The notes beneath the pieces are model-generated. The model did no database searches. It saw only the letters and a program-made list of their open reading frames with translations, and was not told where the DNA came from. A stretch of DNA of 64,000 nt from Eledone cirrhosa (lineage: Eukaryota), in assembly GCA_964016885.1 (NCBI GenBank), contig OZ024743.1:361894001-361958000 (forward strand). Reading direction: 5' to 3'. The first letter of the stretch is position 1. Each line of letters starts with the position of its first letter. Made by a program: the position numbers and the translations under genes. Of this stretch, positions 46,001-60,600 are shown one piece after another.

Positions 46001-49000
46001 ATTGATATAACTAGTACAGCACACAGTGAAAACAATTGTTATAACTAGTACAGCTCACAGTGGAAACAATTGTTATAACTAGTACCGCACACAGTGGAAA
46101 CATTGTTATAACTAGTACAGCACACAGTGCAAACAATTGTTATAACTAGTACAGCACACAGTGGAAACAATTGTTATATCTAGTACAGCTCACAGTGGAA
46201 ACAATTGTTTTAACTAGTTCAGCTGACAGTGGAAACAATTGTTATAACTAGTACAGCACACAGTGGAAACAATTGTTATAACTAGTACAGCACACAGTGG
46301 AAACAATTGTTATAACTAGTACAGTCTACAGTGCAAACAATTGTTATAACTAGTACAGCTCACAGTGCAAACAATTGTTATAACTAGTACAGCACACAGT
46401 GGAAACAATTGTTATAATTAGTACAGCTCACAGTGCAAACAATTGTTATAACTAGTACAGCTCACAGTTGAAACATTTGTTATAACTAGTACAGCTGACA
46501 GTGGAAACAGTTGTTATAACTAGTACAGCACACAGTGGAAACAATTATTATAACTAGTACAGCTCACAGTGGAAACAATTGATATAACTAGTACAGCACA
46601 CAGTGAAAACAATTGTTATAACTAGTACAGCTCACAGTGGAAACAATTGTTATAACTAGTACCGCACACAGTGGAAACATTGTTATAACTAGTACAGCAC
46701 ACAGTGCAAACAATTGTTATAACTAGTACAGCACACAGTGGAAACAATTGTTATATCTAGTACAGCTCACAGTGGAAACAATTGTTATAACTAGTACAGC
46801 CCACAGTGGAAACAATTGTTTTAACTAGTACAGCACACAGTGGAAACAATTATTATAACTAGTACAGCTCACAGTGGAAACAATTGTTATAACTAGTACA
46901 GCACACAATGGAAACAATTGTTATAACTAGTACAGCTGACAGTGGAAACAATTGTTATAACTAGTACAGCTCAGAGTGGAAACAATTGTTATGACTAGTA
47001 CAGCTCACAGTGGAAACAATTGTTATAACTAGTACAGCACACAGTGGAAACAATTGTTATAACTAGTACAGCTCACAGTGCAAACAATTGTTATAACTAG
47101 TACAGCTCACAGTGGAAACAATTGTTATGACTAGTACAGCACACAGGGGAAACAATTGTTATAACTAGTACATCACACAGTGGAAACAATTGTTATAACT
47201 AGTACAGCACACAGTGGAAACAATTATTATAACTAGTACAGCACACAGTGCAAACATTTGTTATAACTAGTACAGCTCACAGTAGAAACAATTGTTATAA
47301 CTAGTACAGCACACAGTGGAAACAATTGTTATAACTAGTACAGCTGACAGTGGAAACAATTGTTATAACTAGTACAGCACACAGTGGAAACAATTGTTAT
47401 AACTAGTACAGCACACAGTGGAAACAATTGTTATAACTAGTAAAGCACACAATGGAAACAATTGTTATAACTAGTACAGCTCACAGTGCAAATAGTTGTT
47501 ATAACTAGTCAGCACACAGTGGAAACAATTGTTATAACTAGTACAGCACACAGTGAAAGCAATTGTTATAACTAGTACAGTTGACAGTGGAAACAATTGT
47601 TATAACTAGTACAGCACACAGTGCAAACAATTGTTATAACTAGTACAGCACACAGTGCAAACAATTGTTATAACTAGTACAGCACACAGTGCAAACAATT
47701 GTTATAACTAGTACAGCTCACAGTGCAAACAATTGTTATAACTAGTACAGCTCACAGTGGAAACAATTGTTATAACTAGTACAGCTGACAGTGGAAACAA
47801 TTGTTATAACTAGTACAGCTGACAGTGGAAACAATTGTTATAACTAGTACAGCTGACAGTGGAAACAATTGTTTTAACTAGTACAGCACACAGTGGAAAC
47901 AATTGTTATAACTAGTACAGCTGACAGTGCAAACAATTGTTATAACTAGTACAGCTCACAGTGCAAACAATTGTTATAACTAGTACAGCTCACAGTGGAA
48001 ACAATTGTTATAAATAGTACAGCTCACAGTGGAAACAATTGTTATAACTAGTTCAGCTGACAGTGGAAACAATTGTTATAACTAGTACAGCACACAGTGG
48101 AAACAATTGTTATAACTAGTACAGTCTACAGTGCAAACAATTGTTATAACTAGTACAGCTCACAGTGCAAACAATTGTTATAACTAGTACAGCACACAGT
48201 GGAAACAATTGTTATAATTAGTACAGCTCACAGTGCAAACAATTGTTATAACTAGTACAGCTCACAGTTGAAACATTTGTTATAACTAGTACAGCTGACA
48301 GTGGAAAGAGTTGTTATAACTAGTACAGCACACAGTGGAAACAATTATTATAACTAGTACAGCTCACAGTGGAAACAATTGATATAACTAGTACAGCACA
48401 CAGTGAAAACAATTGTTATAACTAGTACAGCTCACAGTGGAAACAATTGTTATAACTAGTACCGCACACAGTGGAAACATTGTTATAACTAGTACAGCAC
48501 ACAGTGCAAACAATTGTTATAACTAGTACAGCACACAGTGGAAACAATTGTTATATCTAGTACAGCTCACAGTGGAAACAATTGTTATAACTAGTACAGC
48601 CCATAGTGGAAACAATTGTTTTAACTAGTACAGCACACAGTGGAAACAATTATTATAACTAGTACAGCTCACAGTGGAAACAATTGTTATAACTAGTACA
48701 GCACACAATGGAAACAATTGTTATAACTAGTACAGCTGACAGTGGAAACAATTGTTATAACTAGTACGGCTGACAGTGGAAACAATTGTTATAACTAGTA
48801 CAGCACACAGTGGAAACATTTGTTATAACTAGTACAGCTCATAGTGGAAACAATCGATATAACTAGTACATCACACAGTGGAAACAATTGTTATAACAAG
48901 TACAGCTCACAGTGGAAACAATTGTTATAACTAGTACAGCACACAGTGGAAACATTGTTATAACTAGTACAGCACACAGTGCAAACAATTGTTATAACTA

Positions 49001-51113
49001 GTACAGCACACAGTGGAAACAATTGTTATAACTAGTACAGCTCACAGTGGAAACAATTGTTATAACTAGTACAGCTGACAGTTCAAACAATTGTTATAAC
49101 TAGTACAGCTCACAGTTGAAACATTTGTTATAACTAGTACAGCTGACAGTGGAAACAGTTGTTATAACTAGTACAGCACACAGTGGAAACAATTAATATA
49201 ACTAGTACAGCTCACAGTGGAAACAATTGATATAACTAGTACAGCACACAGTGAAAACAAGTGTTATAACTAGTACAGCTCACAGTGGAAACAATTGTTA
49301 TAACTAGTACCGCACACAGTGGAAACATTGTTATAACTAGTACAGCACACAGTGCAAACAATTGTTATAACTAGTACAGCTCACAGTGGAAACAATTGTT
49401 ATAACTAGTACAGCACACAATGGAAACAATTGTTATAACTAGTACAGCTGACAGTGGAAACAATTGTTATAAATAGTACAGCACACAGTGGAAACAATTG
49501 TTATACCTAGTACAGCACACAGGGGAAACAATTGTTATAACTAGTACATCACACAGTGGAAACAATTGTTATAACTAGTACAGCACACAGTGGAAACAAT
49601 TATTATAACTAGTACAGCACACAGTGCAAACATTTGTTATAACTAGTACAGCTCACAGTAGAAACAATTGTTATAACTAGTACAGCACACAGTGGAAACA
49701 ATTGTTATAACTAGTACAGCTGACAGTGGAAACAATTGTTATAACTAGTACATCACACAGTGGAAACATTTGTTATAACTAGTACAGCTCATAGTGGAAA
49801 CAATTGATATAACTAGTACATCACACAGTGGAAACAATTGTTATAACAAGTACACCTCACAGTGGAAACAATTGTTATAACTAGTACAGCACACAGTGGA
49901 AACAATTGTTATAACTAGTACAGCACACAGTGGAAACAATTGTTATAACTAGTACAGCACACAGTGGAAACAATTGTTATAACTAGTACAGCACACAGTG
50001 GAAACAATTGTTATAACTAGTAAAGCACACAATGGAAACAATTGTTATAACTAGTACAGCTCACAGTGCAAATAGTTGTTATAACTAGTCAGCACACAGT
50101 GGAAACAATTGTTATAACTAGTACAGCACACAGTGAAAGCAATTGTTATAACTAGTACAGTTGACAGTGGAAACAATTGTTATAACTAGTACAGCACACA
50201 GTGCAAACAATTGTTATAACTAGTACAGCACACAGTGCAAACAATTGTTATAAATAGTACAGCACACAGTGGAAACAATTGTTATAACTAGTACAGCTCA
50301 CAGTGGAAACAATTGTTATAACTAGTACAGCCCACAGTGGAAACAATTGTTATAACTAGTACAGCTCACAGTGGAAACAATTGTTATAACTAGTTTATCT
50401 GACAGTGGAAACAATTGTTATAACTATTACAGCTGACAGTGAAAACAATTGTTATAACTAGTACAGCTGACAGTGGAAACAATTGTTATAACTAGTACAG
50501 CACACAGTGAAAACAATTGTTATAATTAGTAGAGCTGACAGTGGAAACAATTGTTATAACTAGTACAGCACACAGTGGAAACAATTGTTATAACTAGTAC
50601 AGCACACAGTGCAAACAATTGTTATAACTAGTACAGCTCACAGTGCAAACAATTGTTATAACTAGTACAGCTCACGGTGGAAACAATTGTTATAACTAGT
50701 ACAGCTCACAGTGGAAACAATTGTTATAACTAGTACAGCACACAGTGGAAATAATTGTTATACCTAGTACAGCACACAGTGCAAACAATTGTTATAACTA
50801 GTACAGCTCACAGTGCAAACAATTGTTATAACTAGTACAGCGCACAGTGGAAAAATTGTTATAACTAGTACAGCTGACAGTGGAAACAATTGTTATAACT
50901 AGTACAGCTGACAGTGGAAACAATTGTTATAACTAGTACAGCACACGGTGGAAATAATTGTTATAACTACTACAGCTGACAGTGGAAACAATTGTTTTAA
51001 CTAGTACAGCACACAGTGGAAACAATTGTTATAACTAGTACAGCTCACAGTGGAAACAATTGTTATAACTAGTACAGCTCACAGTGGAAACAATTGTTAT
51101 AACTAGTACAGCT
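37245..51113. repeat. 204-monomer (6,926 bp) tandem duplication (~37245-44170 / ~44171-51113)
   Basis: GACAGTTCAAAC at 42151/49077, TAGTTTATCT at 43465/50391 and GATAT at 37278/44204. All have offset 6926 = 204x34-10, and ten 33-bp monomers can be counted in the first copy. Confidence 0.9.
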
Positions 51114-51199
51114 GACAGTGGAAACAATTGTTATAACTAGTACAGCACACAGTGAAAACAATTGTTATAATTAGTAGAGCTGACAGTGGAAACAATTGT

Positions 51200-54100
51200 T
51201 ATAACTAGTACAGCACACAGTGGAAACAATTGTTATAACTAGTACAGCACACAGTGCAAACAATTGTTATAACTAGTACAGCTCACAGTGCAAACAATTG
51301 TTATAACTAGTACAGCTCACGGTGGAAACAATTGTTATAACTAGTACAGCTCACAGTGGAAACAATTGTTATAACTAGTACAGCACACAGTGGAAATAAT
51401 TGTTATAACTAGTACAGCACACAGTGCAAACAATTGTTATAACTAGTACAGCTCACAGTGCAAACAATTGTTATAACTAGTACAGCGCACAGTGGAAAAA
51501 TTGTTATAACTAGTACAGCTGACAGTGGAAACAATTGTTATAACTAGTACAGCTGACAGTGGAAACAATTGTTATAACTAGTACAGCACACGGTGGAAAC
51601 AATTGTTATAACTACTACAGCTGACAGTGGAAACAATTGTTTTAACTAGTACAGCACACAGTGGAAACAATTGTTATAACTAGTACAGCTCATAGTGGAA
51701 ACAATTGATATAACTAGTACATCACACAGTGGAAACAATTGTTATAACAAGTACAGCTCACAGTGGAAACAATTGTTATAACTAGTACAGCACACAGTGG
51801 AAACATTGTTATAACTAGTACAGCACACAGTGCAAACAATTGTTATAACTAGTACAGCACACAGTGGAAACAATTGTTATAACTAGTACAGCTCACAGTG
51901 GAAACAATTGTTATAACTAGTACAGCTGACAGTGGAAACAATTGTTATAAATAGTACAGCACACAGTGGAAACAATTGTTATACCTAGTACAGCACACAG
52001 GGGAAACAATTGTTATAACTAGTACATCACACAGTGGAAACAATTGTTATAACTAGTACAGCACACAGTGGAAACAATTATTATAACTAGTACAGCACAC
52101 AGTGCAAACATTTGTTATAACTAGTACAGCTCACAGTAGAAACAATTGTTATAACTAGTACAGCACACAGTGGAAACAATTGTTATAACTAGTACAGCTG
52201 ACAGTGGAAACAATTGTTATAACTAGTACAGCACACAGTGGAAACATTTGTTATAACTAGTACAGCTCATAGTGGAAACAATTGATATAACTAGTACATC
52301 ACACAGTGGAAACAATTGTTATAACAAGTACACCTCACAGTGGAAACAATTGTTATAACTAGTACAGCACACAGTGGAAACAATTGTTATAACTAGTACA
52401 GCACACAGTGGAAACAATTGTTATAACTAGTACAGCACACAGTGGAAACAATTGTTATAACTAGTACAGCACACAGTGGAAACAATTGTTATAACTAGTA
52501 AAGCACACAATGGAAACAATTGTTATAACTAGTACAGCTCACAGTGCAAATAGTTGTTATAACTAGTCAGCACACAGTGGAAACAATTGTTATAACTAGT
52601 ACAGCACACAGTGAAAGCAATTGTTATAACTAGTACAGTTGACAGTGGAAACAATTGTTATAACTAGTACAGCACACAGTGCAAACAATTGTTATAACTA
52701 CTACAGCACACAGTGCAAACAATTGTTATAAATAGTACAGCACACAGTGGAAACAATTGTTATAACTAGTACAGCTCACAGTGGAAACAATTGTTATAAC
52801 TAGTACAGCCCACAGTGGAAACAATTGTTATAACTAGTACAGCTGACAGTGGAAACAATTGTTATAACTAGTACATCTGACAGTGGAAACAATTGTTATA
52901 ACTATTACAGCTGACAGTGAAAACAATTGTTATAACTAGTACAGCTGACAGTGGAAACAATTGTTATAACTAGTACAGCACTCAGTGTAAACAATTGTTA
53001 TAATTAGTAGAGCTGACAGTGGAAACAATTGTTATAACTAGTACAGCACACAGTGGAAACAATTGTTATAACTAGTACAGCACACAGTGCAAACAATTGT
53101 TATAACTAGTACAGCTCACAGTGCAAACAATTGTTATAACTAGTACAGCTCACGGTGGAAACAATTGTTATAACTAGTACAGCTCACAGTGGAAACAATT
53201 GTTATAACTAGTACAGCACACAGTGGAAATAATTGTTATAACTAGTACAGCACACAGTGCAAACAATTGTTATAACTAGTACAGCTCACAGTGCAAACAA
53301 TTGTTATAACTAGTACAGCGCACAGTGGAAAAATTGTTATAACTAGTACAGCTGACAGTGGAAACAATTGTTATAACTAGTACAGCTGACAGTGGAAACA
53401 ATTGTTATAACTAGTACAGCACACGGTGGAAACAATTGTTATAACTACTACAGCTGACAGTGGAAACAATTGTTTTAACTAGTACAGCACACAGTGGAAA
53501 CAATTGTTATAACTAGTACAGCTCACAGTGGAAACATTTGTTATAACTAGTACAGCTCATAGTGGAAACAATTGATATAACTAGTACATCACACAGTGGA
53601 AACAATTGTTATAACAAGTACAGCTCACAGTGGAAACAATTGTTATAACTAGTACAGCACACAGTGGAAACATTGTTATAACTAGTACAGCACACAGTGC
53701 AAACAATTGTTATAACTAGTACAGCACACAGTGGAAACAATTGTTATAACTAGTACAGCTCACAGTGGAAACAATTGTTATAACTAGTACAGCTGACAGT
53801 GGAAACAATTGTTATAAATAGTACAGCACACAGTGGAAACAATTGTTATACCTAGTACAGCACACAGGGGAAACAATTGTTATAACTAGTACATCACACA
53901 GTGGAAACAATTGTTATAACTAGTACAGCACACAGTGGAAACAATTATTATAACTATTACAGCACACAGTGCAAACATTTGTTATAACTAGTACAGCTCA
54001 CAGTAGAAACAATTGTTATAACTAGTACAGCACACAGTGGAAACAATTGTTATAACTAGTACAGCTGACAGTGGAAACAATTGTTATAACTAGTACAGCA

Positions 54101-55400
54101 CACAGTGGAAACATTTGTTATAACTAGTACAGCTCATAGTGGAAACAATTGATATAACTAGTACATCACACAGTGGAAACAATTGTTATAACAAGTACAC
54201 CTCACAGTGGAAACAATTGTTATAACTAGTACAGCACACAGTGGAAACAATTGTTATAACTAGTACAGCACACAGTGGAAACAATTGTTATAACTAGTAC
54301 AGCACACAGTGGAAACAATTGTTATAACTAGTACAGCACACAGTGGAAACAATTGTTATAACTAGTAAAGCACACAATGGAAACAATTGTTATAACTAGT
54401 ACAGCTCACAGTGCAAATAGTTGTTATAACTAGTCAGCACACAGTGGAAACAATTGTTATAACTAGTACAGCACACAGTGAAAGCAATTGTTATAACTAG
54501 TACAGTTGACAGTGGAAACAATTGTTATAACTAGTACAGCACACAGTGCAAACAATTGTTATAACTAGTACAGCACACAGTGCAAACAATTGTTATAAAT
54601 AGTACAGCACACAGTGGAAACAATTGTTATAACTAGTACAGCTCACAGTGGAAACAATTGTTATAACTAGTACAGCCCACAGTGGAAACAATTGTTATAA
54701 CTAGTACAGCTCACAGTGGAAACAATTGTTATAACTAGTACATCTGACAGTGGAAACAATTGTTATAACTATTACAGCTGACAGTGAAAACAATTGTTAT
54801 AACTAGTACAGCTGACAGTGGAAACAATTGTTATAACTAGTACAGCACACAGTGAAAACAATTGTTATAATTAGTAGAGCTGACAGTGGAAACAATTGTT
54901 ATAACTAGTACAGCACACAGTGGAAACAATTGTTATAACTAGTACAGCACACAGTGTAAACAATTGTTATAACTAGTACAGCTCACAGTGCAAACAATTG
55001 TTATAACTAGTACAGCTCACGGTGGAAACAATTGTTATAACTAGTACAGCTCACAGTGGAAACAATTGTTATAACTAGTACAGCACACAGTGGAAATAAT
55101 TGTTATAACTAGTACAGCACACAGTGCAAACAATTGTTATAACTAGTACAGCTCACAGTGCAAACAATTGTTATAACTAGTACAGCGCACAGTGGAAAAA
55201 TTGTTATAACTAGTACAGCTGACAGTGGAAACAATTGTTATAACTAGTACAGCTGACAGTGGAAACAATTGTTATAACTAGTACAGCACACGGTGGAAAC
55301 AATTGTTATAACTACTACAGCTGACAGTGGAAACAATTGTTTTAACTAGTACAGCACACAGTGGAAACAATTGTTATAACTAGTACAGCTCACAGTGGAA
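51200..55400. repeat. ~54-55-monomer (~1.85 kb) higher-order unit, a little over two tandem copies
   Basis: CGGTGG...ACTACTAC monomer at 51591, 53424 and 55291 (offsets 1833, 1867). Additional local copies occur at 50946 and about 55630. Confidence 0.8.
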
Positions 55401-57659
55401 ACAATTGTTATAACTAGTACAGCACACAGTGGAAATAATTGTTATAACTAGTACAGCACACAGTGCAAACAATTGTTATAACTAGTACAGCTCACAGTGC
55501 AAACAATTGTTATAACTAGTACAGCGCACAGTGGAAAAATTGTTATAACTAGTACAGCTGACAGTGGAAACAATTGTTATAACTAGTACAGCTGACAGTG
55601 GAAACAATTGTTATAACTAGTACAGCACACGGTGGAAACAATTGTTATAACTACTACAGCTGACAGTGGAAACAATTGTTTTAACTAGTACAGCACACAG
55701 TGGAAACAATTGTTATAACTAGTACTGCTCACAGTGGAAACATTTGTTATAACTAGTACAGCTCATAGTGGAAACAATTGATATAACTAGTACATCACAC
55801 AGTGGAAACAATTGTTATAACAAGTACAGCTCACAGTGGAAACAATTGTTATAACTAGTACAGCACACAGTGGAAACATTGTTATAACTAGTACAGCACA
55901 CAGTGCAAACAATTGTTATAACTAGTACAGCGCACAGTGGAAAAATTGTTATAACTAGTACAGCTGACAGTGGAAACAATTGTTATAACTAGTACAGCTG
56001 ACAGTGGAAACATTTGTTATAACTAGTACAGCTCATAGTGGAAACAATTGATATAACTAGTACATCACACAGTGGAAACAATTGTTATAACAAGTACAGC
56101 ACACAGTGGAAACAATTGTTATACCTAGTACAGCACACAGGGGAAACAATTGTTATAACTAGTACATCACACAGTGGAGACAATTGTTATAACTAGTACA
56201 GCACACAGTGGAAACAATTATTATAACTAGTACAGCACACAGTGCAAACATTTGTTATAACTAGTACAGCTCACAGTAGAAACAATTGTTATAACTAGTA
56301 CAGCACACAGTGGAAACAATTGTTATAACTAGTACAGCTGACAGTGGAAACAATTGTTATAACTAGTACAGCACACAGTGGAAACATTTGTTATAACTAG
56401 TACAGCTCATAGTGGAAACAATTGATATAACTAGTACATCACACAGTGGAAACAATTGTTATAACAAGTACACCTCACAGTGGAAACAATTGTTATAACT
56501 AGTACAGCACACAGTGGAAACAATTGTTATAACTAGTACAGCACACAGTGGAAACAATTGTTATAACTAGTACAGCACACAGTGGAAACAATTGTTATAA
56601 CTAGTACAGCACACAGTGGAAACAATTGTTATAACTAGTAAAGCACACAATGGAAACAATTGTTATCACTAGTACAGCTCACAGTGCAAATAGTTGTTAT
56701 AACTAGTCAGCACACAGTGGAAACAATTGTTATAACTAGTACAGCACACAGTGAAAGCAATTGTTATAACTAGTACAGCTCACAGTGGAAACAATTGTTA
56801 TGACTAGTACAGCACACAGGGGAAACAATTGTTATAACTAGTACATCACACAGTGGAAACAATTGTTATAACTAGTACAGCACACAGTGGAAACAATTAT
56901 TATAACTAGTACAGCACACAGTGCAAACATTTGTTATAACTAGTACAGCTCACAGTAGAAACAATTGTTATAACTAGTACAGCACACAGTGGAAACAATT
57001 GTTATAACTAGTACAGCTGACAGTGGAAACAATTGTTATAACTAGTACAGCACACAGTGGAAACAATTGTTATAACTAGTACAGCACACAGTGGAAACAA
57101 TTGTTATAACTAGTAAAGCACACAATGGAAACAATTGTTATAACTAGTACAGCTCACAGTGCAAATAGTTGTTATAACTAGTCAGGACACAGTGGAAACA
57201 ATTGTTATAACTAGTACAGCACACAGTGAAAGCAATTGTTATAACTAGTACAGTTGACAGTGGAAACAATTGTTATAACTAGTACAGCACACAGTGCAAA
57301 CAATTGTTATAACTAGTACAGCACACAGTGCAAACAATTGTTATAAATAGTACAGCACACAGTGGAAACAATTGTTATAACTAGTACAGCTCACAGTGGA
57401 AACAATTGTTATAACTAGTACAGCCCACAGTGGAAACAATTGTTATAACTAGTACAGCTCACAGTGGAAACAATTGTTATAACTAGTACAGCTGACAGTG
57501 GAAACAATTGTTATAACTATTACAGCTGACAGTGAAAACAATTGTTATAACTAGTACAGCTGACAGTGGAAACAATTGTTATAACTAGTACAGCACACAG
57601 TGAAAACAATTGTTATAATTAGTAGAGCTGACAGTGGAAACAATTGTTATAACTAGTAC

Positions 57660-60600
57660 AGCACACAGTGGAAACATTTGTTATAACTAGTACAGCACAC
57701 AGTGGAAACAATTGTTATAACTAGTACAGCTCACAGTGCAAACAATTGTTATAACTAGTACAGCTCACGGTGGAAACAATTGTTATAACTAGTACAGCTC
57801 ACAGTGGAAACAATTGTTGTAACTAGTACAGCACACAGTGGAAATAATTGTTATAACTAGTACAGCACACAGTGCAAACATTTGTTATAACTAGTACAGC
57901 TCACAGTAGAAACAATTGTTATAACTAGTACAGCACACAGTGGAAACAATTGTTATAACTAGTACAGCTGACAGTGGAAACAATTGTTATAACTAGTACA
58001 GCACACAGTGCAAACAATTTTTATAACTAGTACAGCACACAGTGCAAACAATTGTTATAACTAGCACAGCACACAGTGGAAACAATTGTTTTAACTAGTA
58101 CAGCTCACAGTGGAAACAATTGTTATAACTAGTACAGCTCAGAGTGGAAACAATTGTTATGACTAGTACAGCTCACAGTGGAAACAATTGTTATAACTAG
58201 TACAGCACACAGTGGAAACAATTGTTATAACTAGTACAGCTCACAGTGCAAACAATTGTTATAACTAGTACAGCTCACAGTGGAAACAATTGTTATGACT
58301 AGTACAGCACACAGGGGAAACAATTGTTATAACTAGTACATCACACAGTGGAAACAATTGTTATAACTAGTACAGCACACAGTGGAAACAATTATTATAA
58401 CTAGTACAGCACACAGTGCAAACATTTGTTATAACTAGTACAGCTCACAGTAGAAACAATTGTTATAACTAGTACAGCACACAGTGGAAACAATTGTTAT
58501 AACTAGTACAGCTGACAGTGGAAACAATTGTTATAACTAGTACAGCACACAGTGGAAACAATTGTTATAACTAGTACAGCACACAGTGGAAACAATTGTT
58601 ATAACTAGTAAAGCACACAATGGAAACAATTGTTATAACTAGTACAGCTCACAGTGCAAATAGTTGTTATAACTAGTCAGCACACAGTGGAAACAATTGT
58701 TATAACTAGTACAGCACACAGTGCAAACAATTGTTATAACTAGTACAGCTCACAGTGGAAACAATTGTTATGACTAGTACAGCACACAGGGGAAACAATT
58801 GTTATAACTAGTACATCACACAGTGGAAACAATTGTTATAACTAGTACAGCACACAGTGGAAACAATTGTTATAACTAGTACAGTTGACAGTGGAAACAA
58901 TTGTTATAACTAGTACAGCACACAGTGCAAACAATTGTTATAACTAGTACAGCACACAGTGCAAACAATTGTTATAAATAGTACAGCACACAGTGGAAAC
59001 AATTGTTATAACTAGTACAGCTCACAGTGGAAACAATTGTTATAACTAGTACAGCCCACAGTGGAAACAATTGTTATAACTAGTACAGCTCACAGTGGAA
59101 ACAATTGTTATAACTAGTACAGCTGACAGTGGAAACAATTGTTATAACTATTACAGCTGACAGTGAAAACAATTGTTATAACTAGTACAGCTGACAGTGG
59201 AAACAATTGTTATAACTAGTACAGCACACAGTGAAAACAATTGTTATAATTAGTACAGCTGACAGTGGAAACAATTGTTATAACTAGTACAGCACACAGT
59301 GGAAACATTTGTTATAACTAGTACAGCACACAGTGCAAACAATTGTTATAACTAGTACAGCTCACAGTGCAAACAATTGTTATAACTAGTACAGCTCACG
59401 GTGGAAACAATTGTTATAACTAGTACAGCTCACAGTGGAAACAATTGTTGTAACTAGTACAGCACACAGTGGAAATAATTGTTATAACTAGTACAGCACA
59501 CAGTGCAAACAATTGTTATAACTAGTACAGCTCACAGTGCAAACAATTGTTATAACTAGTACAGCGCACAGTGGAAAAATTGTTATAACTAGTACAGCTG
59601 ACAGTGGAAACAATTGTTATAACTAGTACAGCTGACAGTGGAAACAATTGTTATAACTAGTACAGCACACGGTGGAAACAATTGTTATAAATACTACAGC
59701 TGATAGTGGAAACAATTGTTTTAACTAGTACAGCACACAGTGGAAACAATTGTTATAACTAGTACAGCTCACAGTGGAAACAATTGTTATAACTAGTACA
59801 GCTCACAGTGGAAACAATTGTTATAACTAGTACAGCTGACAGTGGAAAAAATTGTTATAGCTAGTACAGCACACAGTGGAAACAATTGTTATAACTAGTA
59901 CAGCACACAGTGGAAACAATTGTTATAACTAGTACAGCTCACAGTGCAAACAATTGTTATAACTAGTACAGCACACAGTGGAAACAATTGTTATAACTAG
60001 TACAGCTCACAGTGCAAACAATTGTTATAACTAGTACAGCACACAGTGGAAACAATTGTTATAACTAGTACAGCACACAGTGCAAACAATTGTTATAATT
60101 AGTACAGCACACAGTGGAAACAATTGTTATAACTAGTACAGCACACAGTGCAAACAATTTTTATAACTAGTACAGCACACAGTGCAAACAATTGTTATAA
60201 CTAGCACAGCACACAGTGGAAACAATTGTTTTAACTAGTACAGCCCACAGTGGAAACAATTGTTATAACTAGTACAGCTCAGAGTGGAAACAATTGTTAT
60301 GACTAGTACAGCACACAGTGGAAACAATTGTTATAACTAGTACAGCACACAGTGGAAACATTTGTTATAACTAGTACAGCACACAGTGCAAACAATTGTT
60401 ATAACTAGTACAGCTCACAGTGCAAACAATTGTTATAACTAGTACAGCTCACGGTGGAAACAATTGTTATAACTAGTACAGCTCACAGTGGAAACAATTG
60501 TTGTAACTAGTACAGCACACAGTGGAAATAATTGTTATAACTAGTACAGCACACAGTGCAAACATTTGTTATAACTAGTACAGCTCACAGTAGAAACAAT

